A stretch of 62,871 nucleotides of DNA, the filler included, from Welwitschia mirabilis (taxonomy: Eukaryota): NCBI GenBank assembly GCA_051453625.1. It is 8 parts of one record of this genome, joined end to end, with 100 filler letters (N's around TTAATTAATTAA, not from the genome) between each part and the next. Parts side by side here need not be neighbours in the genome. Positions count along the whole stretch, not along the records: positions 25,553 to 36,096 come from JBOZIK010000001.1; positions 36,197 to 49,034 come from JBOZIK010000001.1; 6 more parts are not named here. One strand, 5' to 3'. Position numbers and translations under genes: made by a program. Below, piece by piece: positions 26,880 to 39,303 of the stretch (its first letter is position 1; the number at the start of each line of letters is the position of its first letter). The notes under the pieces were generated by a model that did not search any database, had not been told where the DNA came from, and worked only from the letters and a program-made list of their open reading frames with translations.

Positions 26880-29800
26880 TAAAAAATAGCATAGGTTTGA
26901 AAATCAATCTGAAGATAATGGTTTTGTAAAAATATCGGTTAATTGACCTTCTATGTAAACATATTCTAAATATATTATGTTATTTTCTATTAATTCATAA
27001 ATAAATTGGTACCTGATATCAGTGTGTTTGGTGCAAGTGTGTTGAACTAGATTGTGAGCTATTTAAATGGCACTTGAGTTGTCACACAGAATTGGCACTT
27101 CCGTAATATTCATTCCATAGTCCTTCAAGGTCTCTTTCATCCATAAGGTCTAAGTGAAATAAGCTCCAACCACTATGTACTCAACTTCAATGATAGAAAG
27201 AGATATAGAGCATTATTTCTTGATATATCAAGCTATGAGACAATTTCTAAAGAAAAAACATTCATCACTTGTGCTCTTGAGATCATCTTTACATTCCACC
27301 CAATCCACATCACTATAACCTATTAAGCCTAAAGTAGTATCATTTGAAAACTATAAACCAAAATCTAGAGTACCTTTCACATAGTGAAGTATTCTCTTTG
27401 CAACTATAAGATGTGATTCCTTAGGTTTACTTTGATACCTAGCACACAGACTAATACTAAAAGCTCTATCCAAATGACNNNNNNNNNNNNNNNNNNNNNN
27501 NNNNNNNNNNNNNNNNNNNNNNNNNNNNNNNACATCCTTACCATATTCATCCAAAGAAAGTTCAACATTTGTGTCCATGGGAGAGTTCATACAGTTTTCA
27601 TTTTATAATTAAACTTTTTAATCAAATCTAAGGAGTATTTCTTTTGATTAATAAAGATTTCCTATTTGCATTGCTAAATTTGTAAACCTAAAAACATATT
27701 TACAGGTCCAACCATACTCATTTCAAATTCAAAACTCATGATTTTAGTAAAATCATTTGACAAACTTTCATTTGTTGATCTAAAAATAATATCATCAACA
27801 TAGAGTGGTACTATAATTAAGTCANNNNNNNNNNNNNNNNNNNNNNNNNNNNNNNNNNNNNNNNNNNNNNNNNNNNNNNNNNNNNNNNNNNNNNNNNNNN
27901 NNNNNNNNNNNNNNNNNNNNNNNNNNNNNNNNNNNNNNNNNNNNNNNNNNNNNNNNNNNNNNNNNNNNNNNNNNNNNNNNNNNNNNNNNNNNNNNNNNNN
28001 NNNNNNNNNNNNNNNNNNNNNNNNNNNNNNNNNNNNNNNNNNNNNNNNNNNNNNNNNNNNNNNNNNNNNNNNNNNNNNNNNNNNNNNNNNNNNNNNNNNN
28101 NNNNNNNNNNNNNNNNNNNNNNNNNNNNNNNNNNNNNNNNNNNNNNNNNNNNNNNNNNNNNNNNNNNNNNNNNNNNNNNNNNNNNNNNNNNNNNNNNNNN
28201 NNNNNNNNNNNNNNNNNNNNNNNNNNNNNNNNNNNNNNNNNNNNNNNNNNNNNNNNNNNNNNNNNNNNNNNNNNNNNNNNNNNNNNNNNNNNNNNNNNNN
28301 NNNNNNNNNNNNNNNNNNNNNNNNNNNNNNNNNNNNNNNNNNNNNNNNNNNNNNNNNNNNNNNNNNNNNNNNNNNNNNNNNNNNNNNNNNNNNNNNNNNN
28401 NNNNNNNNNNNNNNNNNNNNNNNNNNNNNNNNNNNNNNNNNNNNNNNNNNNNNNNNNNNNNNNNNNNNNNNNNNNNNNNNNNNNNNNNNNNNNNNNNNNN
28501 NNNNNNNNNNNNNNNNNNNNNNNNNNNNNNNNNNNNNNNNNNNNNNNNNNNNNNNNNNNNNNNNNNNNNNNNNNNNNNNNNNNNNNNNNNNNNNNNNNNN
28601 NNNNNNNNNNNNNNNNNNNNNNNNNNNNNNNNNNNNNNNNNNNNNNNNNNNNNNNNNNNNNNNNNNNNNNNNNNNNNNNNNNNNNNNNNNNNNNNNNNNN
28701 NNNNNNNNNNNNNNNNNNNNTTAACATAAACTTCTTCTTCTATATTTCCATTTAGAAAAGCACTTTTTACATCCATTTGAAAGACTTTCATTTTCTTAAA
28801 ACAGGCAAAAGCTAGAAACATCCTGATTGATTCCAATCTAGTAACTGGAGCAAATATGTCTCCATAATATACTCCTTCTATTTGGAAATATCCTTGGGCC
28901 ACTACTCTAGTTTTCTTTGTAATTTCATTTTTCTCATTACCTCTGTTTCTTAAAATCCACTTTGTACCTATGACATTTTTCTTTCTTGGTTATGAAACAA
29001 GTGTCCAGACCTTATTTCTAGTGAATTGTTTAAGTTCTTCTTACATTACATTGATCCAAATTGGATCAGATTCAACCTCTTTAAAAGATTTAGGTTCTAT
29101 TTGATACAAAAGAAAGACATGATCACTACAGTTCTTAAGGGAATTTCTGGTAATAATACCTTGTTAAACATTTCCAATAATATATTCCAAAGGATAATCT
29201 TTGAGTTCTTTAATTTTTGGAGTTGTTATATCTTTTGGGATTTCATCCATTTAATTAATAGAGCATGAGAGAAAAGTATCTTTATTAAGTTTAATAGATT
29301 TTGAAGAATTTAAGATATCATTTATTTTTACATTAATTAATTCTTCTATATGAAAAGTTCTTTTGTTAAAGACTCTATAGGCTCTCTTAGATTGAGAGTA
29401 TCCTAAAAAGATTCCTTTATCTGATTTAGCATAAAATTTAGCTAATTTTTTTTTATCTCTTAGAATGAAGCATTTACTCCCAAAAGTTTTAAAATACGAT
29501 ATATTTGACTTCTTGCCTTTCCAAAGTTCATAAGGAGTTTTGGACATTCTCGGTCTCAAGTAAAATCTATTATATATATGACATGTCATGTTCACAGCTT
29601 CAACCCAAAATTGTTTTGGGATGTTTTTGTCATTTAGCATTACTCTAGCCATATCTAGCAGGGTCCAATTTTTCCTTTTAGCTATTCCATTTTGTTGAGA
29701 GGTTTTAGGGGTTAAAAATTCATGGCCAATTTCATTTGAGTTGCAATAAATTTCAAATCTTTCATTTTCGAACTCTTTGCCATGATCACTTCATATTTTA

Positions 29801-32107
29801 TTTATTACATATTCCTTCTCATTTGAAGCTTTTTCCAAATTTTAACAAAGTTTTCATAGGCATTAGATTTTGCATAAAGAAAAGCTACCCATGAAAATCT
29901 AGAGAAATTGTCAACCATAACTAGAAAATATCTTTTTCTATATAGACTTGCAGTTTGGATAAGCCCAACTAGATCCATAGAAATTAAGTTTAAGGGTTTA
30001 CTAGTTGTGATATTGCTAATCCTTTTATGAAAAGATCTAGTTTGTTTTCCCTTTTGACAAGTGTCATAAAGCCCTTTGTGAGAAAAAGAGATTTTAGAAG
30101 GACCTTTAACAATCTCATCATGACATAATTTCTTTAAAGAGTCAAAACTAATATGACCTAGATGCTGATGCCAGATAATATCATCTTGAGTATGAGATGA
30201 TAGACATATAGAGTTATTCTATTGATTTACACAATACACATTTTCATGTCTATTTGCTATAAGAAGAGGTTTATTGGTTTTTCCGTGTTTTACAATACAT
30301 GAGGTTTTATTGAAAAAGACTTTATGACCCTTATCACAAATCTAACTAATGCTTAATAAATTATGCTTCAAACTATTAATAAATAAAACATTATGAATAT
30401 TTGATAAATTACCTTCACCGATGCTTCCAATTCCTTCAATTTATACTCTTCCATTATCTTTGAAAGTGACTTCTCCTCCATTGTATTCCTTGAAGCTGAT
30501 GAAGTTTAATTTGTCACCTATCATATGTCTCAAGTAACTACTATCTAGATACCAATGTGAATGATTAGTTGCTTTTAAAGCCATTTGAATCAATAGGCTC
30601 TTAGTTATGGACTTAGGAATCCACCTCAAACATTTGTTTCTATTTGTAATATGATGAGATTTTTTGGTAAATATAAACTTAGATTCTAAAAGGGAGTGAG
30701 GAAATCAACGTTTACTAAAGACACAATCAATCTTAAAGTGACCCTTTTTATTGTAATAATGGTAGGTGATATTAGCTAAAGAATTCTTGGAATCTCCCTT
30801 TGACATGGGTTTGAAATGAGAAAAGTGATAAGAATTGAAGGAGCTAGGGGATGATTTTCTAGAGGCTTGATCCTTTATTCTATAGGAATTTGATGCAAGG
30901 CTATTTTTCAAGTCATTAAATTCCTTTTCCCTAATCTCAAGCTTATCTATAAGGAGCTTATTTTCTTTTCTATGTTGGTTTAATCTGTGAGCTAGATTTT
31001 GGAATTCCAAATATAATTCCAATTCAATATCACTAAGCATATCTTCACTAATAACTGAATCAATGTGAGAATTAGAACATACCTTTTCATCGATGATCAC
31101 TATGAGAGAGATACCACCACATTCTAAATCTGAGTTTTGCTTACTTTCACTTTAATCATTATCCCATATTACAAACAAGACTTCTTTCCATTTCTTTTGT
31201 CATCCTTTTTGTTATTTGGATTGACATATGAAGTATGACCAAAACCTTTGTAGGAATAGCATTGAATCTTATGGCGTCTTTCATCTTTTCTTCTTAGTAA
31301 TCTCCTAGACTGACATCCACCTTGCCTTCTTTGCATGAAGCATTTGAACCTTCTGGCTAAGAGAGCCACTTTATCATCACTTTCTAGTTCTAACTCAGAT
31401 CCATCCTTGATTTTGAGAGCTTCATATGTGAAATATAGTGCCACACTTTTCTTCTTTTTCTTTTTAAATTTCAGCTCAAAAGTGTGAAGGTTCCCTTGAA
31501 GTTCATCTAGTTTTATGATGTTTAGATCCTTGCTTTCTTCTATAGTAGTCACTTTTAATTTGAACCTTTTTAGTAGAGATATCAAGGATTTGCGAACCAC
31601 TCTTAATTATTCAATTAATTCACCTAATTCATGCATATAATTTATAATATCTATTAGTTTTGCAAAGAAATCATCTATACCTTTATCGTTTTCCATCTTT
31701 AGGTCCTCAAACTGGGTGATTAGCATTTGAAGCTTATCCTACTTTACTAGATTTGTTCCTTCATGAATGGTTTCTAGGATATTCCATGCTTCTTTAGTAG
31801 TGGTATAGTTCACCACTCTTTTAAAATCTTTTGGACCTATGGTATACAAGATAGCATTTAGGCGTTTGAAGTTATAGGTTGTGGTTTGTTTCTCATCTAG
31901 TATCCATTTGTCCCTACTTTTTGGAATTGCTAATTTAGTAATAGGATCTTACATAGTAGAATAATAATACCCAATAATAATAAACTCCTAGATTTCTAAG
32001 TCAATAAATTAAACAAAGAATCTTATCTTTGCTTTCCAATAATCATAATTCATTCCATCAAAGAAGGTAGGTCTTGTGACAGAGTTCCTTTCCGTGGGTT
32101 GACTCAT
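26880..32107 (-). pseudogene. gag-pol: Copia gag-pol (gag, two zinc knuckles, PR, IN, RT, RNase H), disrupted
   Basis: Start MSQPTERNSVTRPTFFDGMNYDYWKAK; KVTTIEESKDL; WYLDSSYLRHMIG; MARVML...FWVEAVN...TPYELWKG; FAPVTRLESIRMFLAFA...QMDVKSAFLNG; ARYQSKPKESHL; QLTDIFTKPL. Confidence 0.95.
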
Positions 32108-32159
32108 TCTCTAGGGATGAGTGGAGTAGAGATCTGTTAGGATCTATTGCTCAACCTTA

Positions 32160-32170
32160 CTCTAATACCA
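32160..32170 (-). promoter_or_regulatory. PBS (tRNA-iMet type) of the Sirevirus-like element
   Basis: CTCTAATACCA is the reverse complement of TGGTATTAGAG and lies 2 nt from the LTR edge at 32173. Confidence 0.85.
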
Positions 32171-33921
32171 ATTGATAATTAAGGATCAACCTTAGAAGTG
32201 GATGAATAGGTCTTTTAAGTTCCATCTCCTTATTCTTCACGACCTATTAAAAAAAAGTACAAAGAAATACTAAAATAAGGTATTTAATGGTGGATAGATA
32301 CACCCCTTTAGCTTTATAGACTCTTTATCCTAGTTGGCATATATTCACTTACAAGAATGGTTTTTAGGCTTACTAAATAACCTTTTACAACCAATGAGAA
32401 TTTTATGACTTATCCTCAACCAAGAACAAATAATAGAAAGAAGGATTCACTAATGCAAAGATGTGATCTTTAAGGTACATTAATATTCTTTTTAAGAAAA
32501 TGCAAGGACGTAAGCATAACAAAAATCTGAACCTTTTTGGAATGTTTAGATGTGCTAGTAGAAATTATATCATTCCTTGTTCAATCTTGGATTTAACAAA
32601 AATAGTATTAGTATCCTCTAGTGATTAGAGGAAAGCTTTTATACTTAAGATGTAACATATAACTGTTTCCTCAAAAGGAAATAAACCATTGCAATTTTCT
32701 AAGGAACCATTGCACCTTTGTTAATGAACTATTATGTTCATAACGGTTACATTTTTCTATTACATGGTTTACCTTTTATTATCTTTGATCGACTACAACT
32801 GCGGTCACCCTTGCTTGTTGCAGATTTATCAGTACAGGATATGGTGCAAATTCGGTCACCATTGTGAAAATAGTCGGTTACCCTTAATTAGGTTGCCCTT
32901 ACCATTTATAACTGATCAACCTTATGAGAGGAGATTTCTGGTAGAACACAGTTGCCTGATCTCATTTTATGTGGTCAGCCTGATGTCACCTGTACTACTA
33001 TTAGATAGATTCTTACTATGTGTCATATCCACATTTTTTTCTTTTCTTATAAAATTTTCAAGTTTATGTATAATGAAATATTTGAAAAATATTAAATTAC
33101 TTGAAAGCCTAATTGTGATAATTGCTATGTTCTTGAAATCCAGTATTATTAAGTTGTAATATGAATACCTTTTGTTTCAATGTTTATACCCAATATTTTT
33201 ATGCTCTTGTGGTGGAAGTGGTATCTTTTATTTACTTATGCAATTAAAAGTAAATGTTGAATTAAATGTANNNNNNNNNNNNNNNNNNNNNNNNNNNNNN
33301 NNNNNNNNNNNNNNNNNNNNNNNNNNNNNNNNNNNNNNNNNNNNNNNNNNNNNNNNNNNNNNNNNNNNNNNNNNNNNNNNNNNNNNNNNNNNNNNNNNNN
33401 NNNNNNNNNNNNNNNNNNNNNNNNNNNNNNNNNNNNNNNNNNNNNNNNNNNNNNNNNNNNNNNNNNNNNNNNNNNNNNNNNNNNNNNNNNNNNNNNNNNN
33501 NNNNNNNNNNNNNNNNNNNNNNNNNNNNNNNNNNNNNNNNNNNNNNNNNNNNNNNNNNNNNNNNNNNNNNNNNNNNNNNNNNNNNNNNNNNNNNNNNNNN
33601 NNNNNNNNNNNNNNNNNNNNNNNNNNNNNNNNNNNNNNNNNNNNNNNNNNNNNNNNNNNNNNNNNNNNNNNNNNNNNNNNNNNNNNNNNNNNNNNNNNNN
33701 NNNNNNNNNNNNNNNNNNNNNNNNNNNNNNNNNNNNNNNNNNNNNNNNNNNNNNNNNNNNNNNNNNNNNNNNNNNNNNNNTTATAGTGGAGACATGTCAT
33801 TTATTCCTTTTTCTTATTATAAAATGTAAAGCATTATCTTAATTATATTATTAAAAGAACCCAGTGACCAGGCAATCATGTAACCCCTTTTTTAACCACC
33901 TCATTCACGATATTTTATCTT

Positions 33922-34222
33922 TATATGTAAGGAATCTTTGCCAACTTTCATTTGTCCTCATATGCAAGAAATCTTTGCTAACTTTCGTTTATCCTCATAT
34001 TCAAGGAATCTTTGCCAACTTTCTTTTGTCTTCATATGCAAGGAATCTTTGCCAACTCTTATTTGTCTTCATATGCAAGGAATCTTTGCCAACTTTTATT
34101 TGTCCTCATATATAAGGAATCTTTACCAAATTTTATTTGTCCTCATATGCAAGGAATCTTTACCAACTTTTGTTTGTCTTTATATGGAAGGAATCTTTGT
34201 CAACTTTCATTTTTCCTCATAT
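33922..34222 (+). repeat. ~8 x 37-bp tandem array
   Basis: Unit is about CATATGCAAGGAATCTTTGCCAACTTTYATTTGTCCT. It explains the three repetitive ORFs at 33864-34261. Confidence 0.93.
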
Positions 34223-34786
34223 TCGTGTGATTCTTTGCATTCTACCAAATCTCAATTATAAATAGCACTAACCTCCTCCTTTTATCTTACTTTCATTTTA
34301 TGGATAACCTTTTGCTACCAAGTCTTGGAGTCGAAAAAGCCTTGAAGACTAGCAAAGATCTTAAGTTCTTCTTGAAAATCAGTATGGTTCCTTACCTTCA
34401 TGCTTCCTTAATGGTTCTTTCTTATGTATTCTATTTTAAAATCATCATGTTATATATGATCCTATACTTTTGTATTTTCTTAGTAGTCTTTGCTTATGCA
34501 TTTATTACCGAGATCGATTTGTATTTATAGTCTTGTATGTTAAATGATAAATCATGTTATGCTTGAATAAGATAAACTTTATACTGATACGCGTTTCATC
34601 TTCATTACTCTCTTTTCTTGATATCTGAAATTACCTTCCTTGGTATGAGATAAAAATTTGTGATTGATTCTTATTATATTCACTTATCATCTTGTTGTTG
34701 AAATCTATGATTGAGATGTTACATTGTGGTAGAATCTATTTTAGTTTTGTAATATCATCTTGTTGAACCTATAGTTATGGATTTTT

Positions 34787-35115
34787 CATAGATCGCCGAA
34801 CAAGGCAGTGGACTTCAGAGATCACTGAATGAGGTAGTGAAGAGAGAATCCCATAGATCATCAAATGAGGCAGTAGAAATATTATATTATCATAGATCAC
34901 TGAATGAGGTAGTGAGGTTTACAGATCACTGAACAAGGCAGTGAAGTTAATGATGATTGAGATTTTGTATATACATATAAGTATCACAGATCACCAAATA
35001 AGGTAGTGGGCTTCATAGATCGTTGAATGGGCAGTGAAGTTAAATATTATATAAGAATGATAGATCACCAAATAAGATAGTGGTCTTCATAAATCACTAA
35101 ATGAGGTAGTGAAGT
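34787..35115 (+). repeat. ~9 spaced copies of a ~24-bp motif
   Basis: CAYAGATCRCYGAAYGAGGYAGTG with short variable spacers. Four more copies lie at ~56826-56955. Confidence 0.88.
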
Positions 35116-36032
35116 TAATGATGATTATATATTATATTGGATATTCTCGTTCATAACCATGAGTTCATTATCTATGTATGTCTTGAATTTCGTAAAGATC
35201 TTGAACTTTTCTTTATTGTCTTAATCCTTGAATTACCTTGTTAAAAGACTTATTTTTACCTGGGCCATACTGAGGGCCATGAGATTTTTATAGTTCTTAT
35301 CCCATATCATTTTATGACAGGTGGTAAATCTAGAGTATAATTGCTAAGATGGGATGAGTTCATAAAGGATTGTTAGATCTCTACTGGTGGAAAATCTTAT
35401 GACTAATTAAAATCTATTGACTCTTTGAAGTTAAATGCTTGAAATATATAAACATTCAATATGTTATCTATTATTGTGATGAGAGGTAACTCTATTTATT
35501 TTGTGTTTGAATTGTAGTACTTGAAGTTTACTATGAAATTTTACATTATATGGACTGATTGTTATCTATCTCTTGAAGACTTTTAGTAATAAATTTTTTT
35601 ATTTTGAGATCATATGTTCTAGCTATTATTGGTGAAATTTACTACAATCTTGGATCTTAGCCATGTGTTTATACAATATTAGATGTCGAGTTGCAATTTG
35701 TAAATTCTTGAGATCCTTTTTGGATGATTATGTTTTGGTATTTTAGTTTCCAACTTCTATTGAAACATTTTCTTGAGAATCTTTTTAATTATCCTTGATT
35801 ATAAAATGATTTTCAATAATTTATTAAATAAAATTTTAAGAAAGTGCATGTGATTCTTCCTCCATATAAAGCGATTTAAAACATATCACAACTAGACTTA
35901 AAGTAGTTCTTAAATAATTATTTAATTATATTAAGCTTAATAGGGTAAAGGACATGTTAATTATTTTAGTACTAAAAATAATAATGATAAATTTATTTAG
36001 AAATGTATAAGTTAGGGGTGTTTCTACCCATG

Positions 36033-36068
<36 letters not shown>

Positions 36069-37161
36069 CATTTAAATATTATCTTAGTTAGTATTANNNN
36101 NNNNNNNNNNNNNNNNNNNNNNNNNNNNNNNNNNNNNNNNTTAATTAATTAANNNNNNNNNNNNNNNNNNNNNNNNNNNNNNNNNNNNNNNNNNNNCTCT
36201 AAGGGTTTAGGGATCAAAGGATTGAGTGTTATTGGTACCACTCATTTTCTTCCCTATCAAATTTAGTTAAGTCTTCAATTGCAAAATGACACTCTTCTGA
36301 TAGATAAAACCTTAACTCTAGACTCCTATAAACTTAATTCTTTATAAAACTTGAAATTATCTTTAAAGACTCCTTTTTATGCAACTTAGTGAATATCACC
36401 CTCAGAAATTAATTTTGTAACTTAACTAATAATGAATTTAGATTTACGCGTTAATATTTATATTTATACCTATGAGTCTTATACCTTTAAGGAATACTAT
36501 GATCAATAAAATCTAGGAAAATCTAAAATCTAAATTTTAGTTAGATGTTGGGATATACTTCACTGAGTGAAGTCCCTTTTTAACAGAAACTTTTCCAAAA
36601 TTATTAAGAGTTATATGGTTTCAAGTTATCATAAAATTTTAACCTCATGTTCTGGTATCATAGCATTAAATTTTACAGATATTCTTTAATGCTGGAAAGT
36701 TTGATCATTTTATTTGGTATCAAAGCATTAAATTTATGGAGATTTTCAATTATAGAAGTTTTGGATTTCTCACACTATGTGTTGTGTGGTCACTCGTATG
36801 AATATCTTTGATCACCCGTTCTTCTATCTAGTTGGATTTCATTGCATGTATTATGGTTGCTCATATGAAATAATCCAGTCATCTGTACTGCTATCAGATT
36901 TGATTAGGCTAAGTGAAATGCAGTTGCCTATGTGAGCATGGTGGTTTCCTATGTGTCAATCAATCTTATTTATGTTATCTTAGTTCAATTGCCCAATAAT
37001 TCATGTGTAGTCGCCCACTCCTGAAGCAGTATTATAGTTCTTGATCATTCGGTCACCCGATCTGATAAATCGATTACCTAGTGCTGGAAGTTACCTACAC
37101 AAAAGCCTAACTTATAAAAACGCATTAAATTAATCAATGATAATGGGTTCTCAACACATCT

Positions 37162-37700
37162 TTTTATATTAAATATTCTAGGGCTATCATCTAGATGAGC
37201 CACCAAATAATAGCTAAAGTAGTGTAATTTTAGCTGTCTTTTCCATAATGTTTCTTCATATGTCAACCATTTTCCTCCATTCTTGAGCTAGGAAACTTAT
37301 CCAAATAGCTTTATTTCATCAAATCTACCTTCTAGACATTAAATTCAAGATACTTCTCTTAATGTAATGTGTGTTCCATATATCTTATTTTTGAAGTTAT
37401 TTCTCTTATTTTTTAGTTATTTTAAATTCTAACTTTATGTAGAACATTTAAGTTTTGGTACTCATTATGTTGGTCTAAATGAATTTAAATTTCATTGAGT
37501 ATTTTATAAGAAATATGAATTTGTACACTTTACAAGATAGAATTAGGTTTTTATTTTTAAATTCATATTTTTCTTCAATAATTTGGTGAAACATATCCAT
37601 GTTTATAGTTAAAACAATTAGTAAATGATCTCTACATTTCTACTAGATCAAATTTTTGATATAGGCATTTCTCTTTTTACAATATTCTATGCTATACTTA
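37162..37700 (-). mobile_element. Continuation of the decayed LINE right of the Sirevirus insertion
   Basis: YEETLWKRQLK... resembles LINE ORF2 EE..W.Q+SR, which lies upstream of the RT. It is contiguous with 23924 through TSD CATCT. Confidence 0.5.
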
Positions 37701-37899
37701 TTATAAATTGCATAAAATTCATCCATTGACTTGTTTCATGTAGTTTGGGATGAGTTACTACACATGAGAGGGTAGAGATGAATTTTTTATATTTTATGCT
37801 AATTTTTAAATTTTTTAAGAAAATTTTTAATTTTTATGATGAATGTTGCATGGCAGATATGAAATCACATGTTTTCTTTTTCGGATATGCATCTTGAGA

Positions 37900-39303
37900 A
37901 TTTTTAGTATGGCATGTACCAGGAAATAGTCTAGATAGGTTGAAGAAGAGGAAAAAGCCTCTTCATAGATAATGACAAGACCATTTTTACCCTAGCATTT
38001 AAGAGAGATGATCCAGTTGATCATCCTCCTCATTCTACTAGGTTACAGTTAATTCAGGTAGCATCCATCAGAGTGGAGAAGAACTTTAAAGATTTCATGA
38101 AGCAACTTAATCCTAAGGTGATGATAGATTGACTAAGCTATGGTTGTGACGGATATTAGATGCACAAGGCACCTATTACACTTTAAATACCCTTTAGTTC
38201 TATGATTCCATGCATATAGAGATGTGATAGGATGTAGATGGTCATATGGTAGATATGATTATAATGACTATTAATAGTCATAAAGTCTCTATTCTTTTAG
38301 GATGTATTACCTTGATGATGGAACTAGATATCCTAGGTAGCACACATATACACTTTTTAGATGGTAAGGAGGATAGAAATGCTTATAGCATGATGCTAGA
38401 TATTCCACTAAATGTAGCAAGTAACAAGAGATGATTACCAGTCATACATTTTCCACTAGCATATGAGATCCTAGGTAAATAGCTAATCCATAATAGTAAT
38501 CCTTCATCCCATGATAGTCACTACATGGTTACATATTTACATATTATAGTAGTGTTTTGACAGGGGGAGAAAATGAATTTATCTTTCTTCATAAAGATGA
38601 GGTTAAGATCCACATTAAATGCATGTCATATCTAGATATTAGGCTTTCCATACTTACTTATAACCATATTCTATTATTTTGGCATTCCTAAGCTAGCAAG
38701 TGAGTATCAGATGCTATACTTATAGACCTCTACACGTTACATGTAGGATATGGGTATTCAGATTCTTGTAGAGCCTAAGAAATAGTATAAGTAGACTCCT
38801 AGAGCTATTCTAGTATTAAGTACAATTGAGTATATATAGGCATTTCTAAGAGACATATTTTAGAAGTTAAGGAAGTTCATGAATTAGGACTTTATTAAGA
38901 TGAAGCAAAGAATGACCTCCATGAAGCGTCAACTATTCAATGTAAGATAGTAAATGATAGCCTTAAGAAATTAAGTTATGTGTATAGAGTAGGACATCTT
39001 CTAGAGAAAATATGATTTTAGGTTAAATATGTTATATAAGAAATTTAGATAGTTATAAGTGTCCACTTCCCACTTGAGAAAGAGAGTCCTTTATTTCCAC
39101 CTCCTCATATGAGTGTCAAAGTAGAGCTTTTGAGTTTAATCAAAATGGATGAAATAAAATAAAAATCCTAAGTACATATATATACGCATATAATATACAT
39201 TTTAGTTTTTCATTTTTTATTATTATATTTCATGTTGATTCCCTTTAGATAGAATTCCATATTTATCTTGTCGATTTGATAAAAGTTTAAGTGGAGGGAT
39301 AAT
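37900..39303 (+). pseudogene. Possible env-like ORF remnant plus PPT-like tracts of another LTR element
   Basis: YPLVL*FHA (~38190), VSILLG and LGFPYLLIT (~38640); GACAGGGGGAGAA (~38560); AAGTGGAGGGATAA-TGTAAA (~39290). Confidence 0.4.

Larger units (their letters stand above)
33021..36774 (+). mobile_element. Solo LTR (Gypsy-type, long) inserted in the Sirevirus 5' LTR
   Basis: TGTCA...TCACA termini with TSD CTATG (33016-33020 and 36775-36779). The host LTR resumes in register with its partner. TATAAATAG at ~34257. Contains two gaps, so internal sequence could be hidden. Confidence 0.8.
23925..37156 (-). mobile_element. Sirevirus (SIRE)-like Ty1/Copia element with env-like ORF; full structure, decayed
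   Basis: 3' LTR at 23925-25229; 5' LTR at 32173-33020 plus 36780-37156. TSD CATCT at 23920-23924 and 37157-37161. PBS at 32160-32170. Contains gag-pol and a downstream extra ORF. Confidence 0.93.

Noticed and set aside
33864-34261. Three overlapping repetitive ORFs
   Set aside because: By-products of the 37-bp tandem array.
34787-35115. CRISPR-like repeat/spacer appearance
   Set aside because: Repeats are degenerate, spacers are short, variable and themselves repeated, the array lies inside a plant LTR, and there are no cas genes.
38246-38434. Plant mobile domain (TITL.DV..LLG-like) call
   Set aside because: Only a weak short match. Flanking motifs fit an env-like remnant at least as well.
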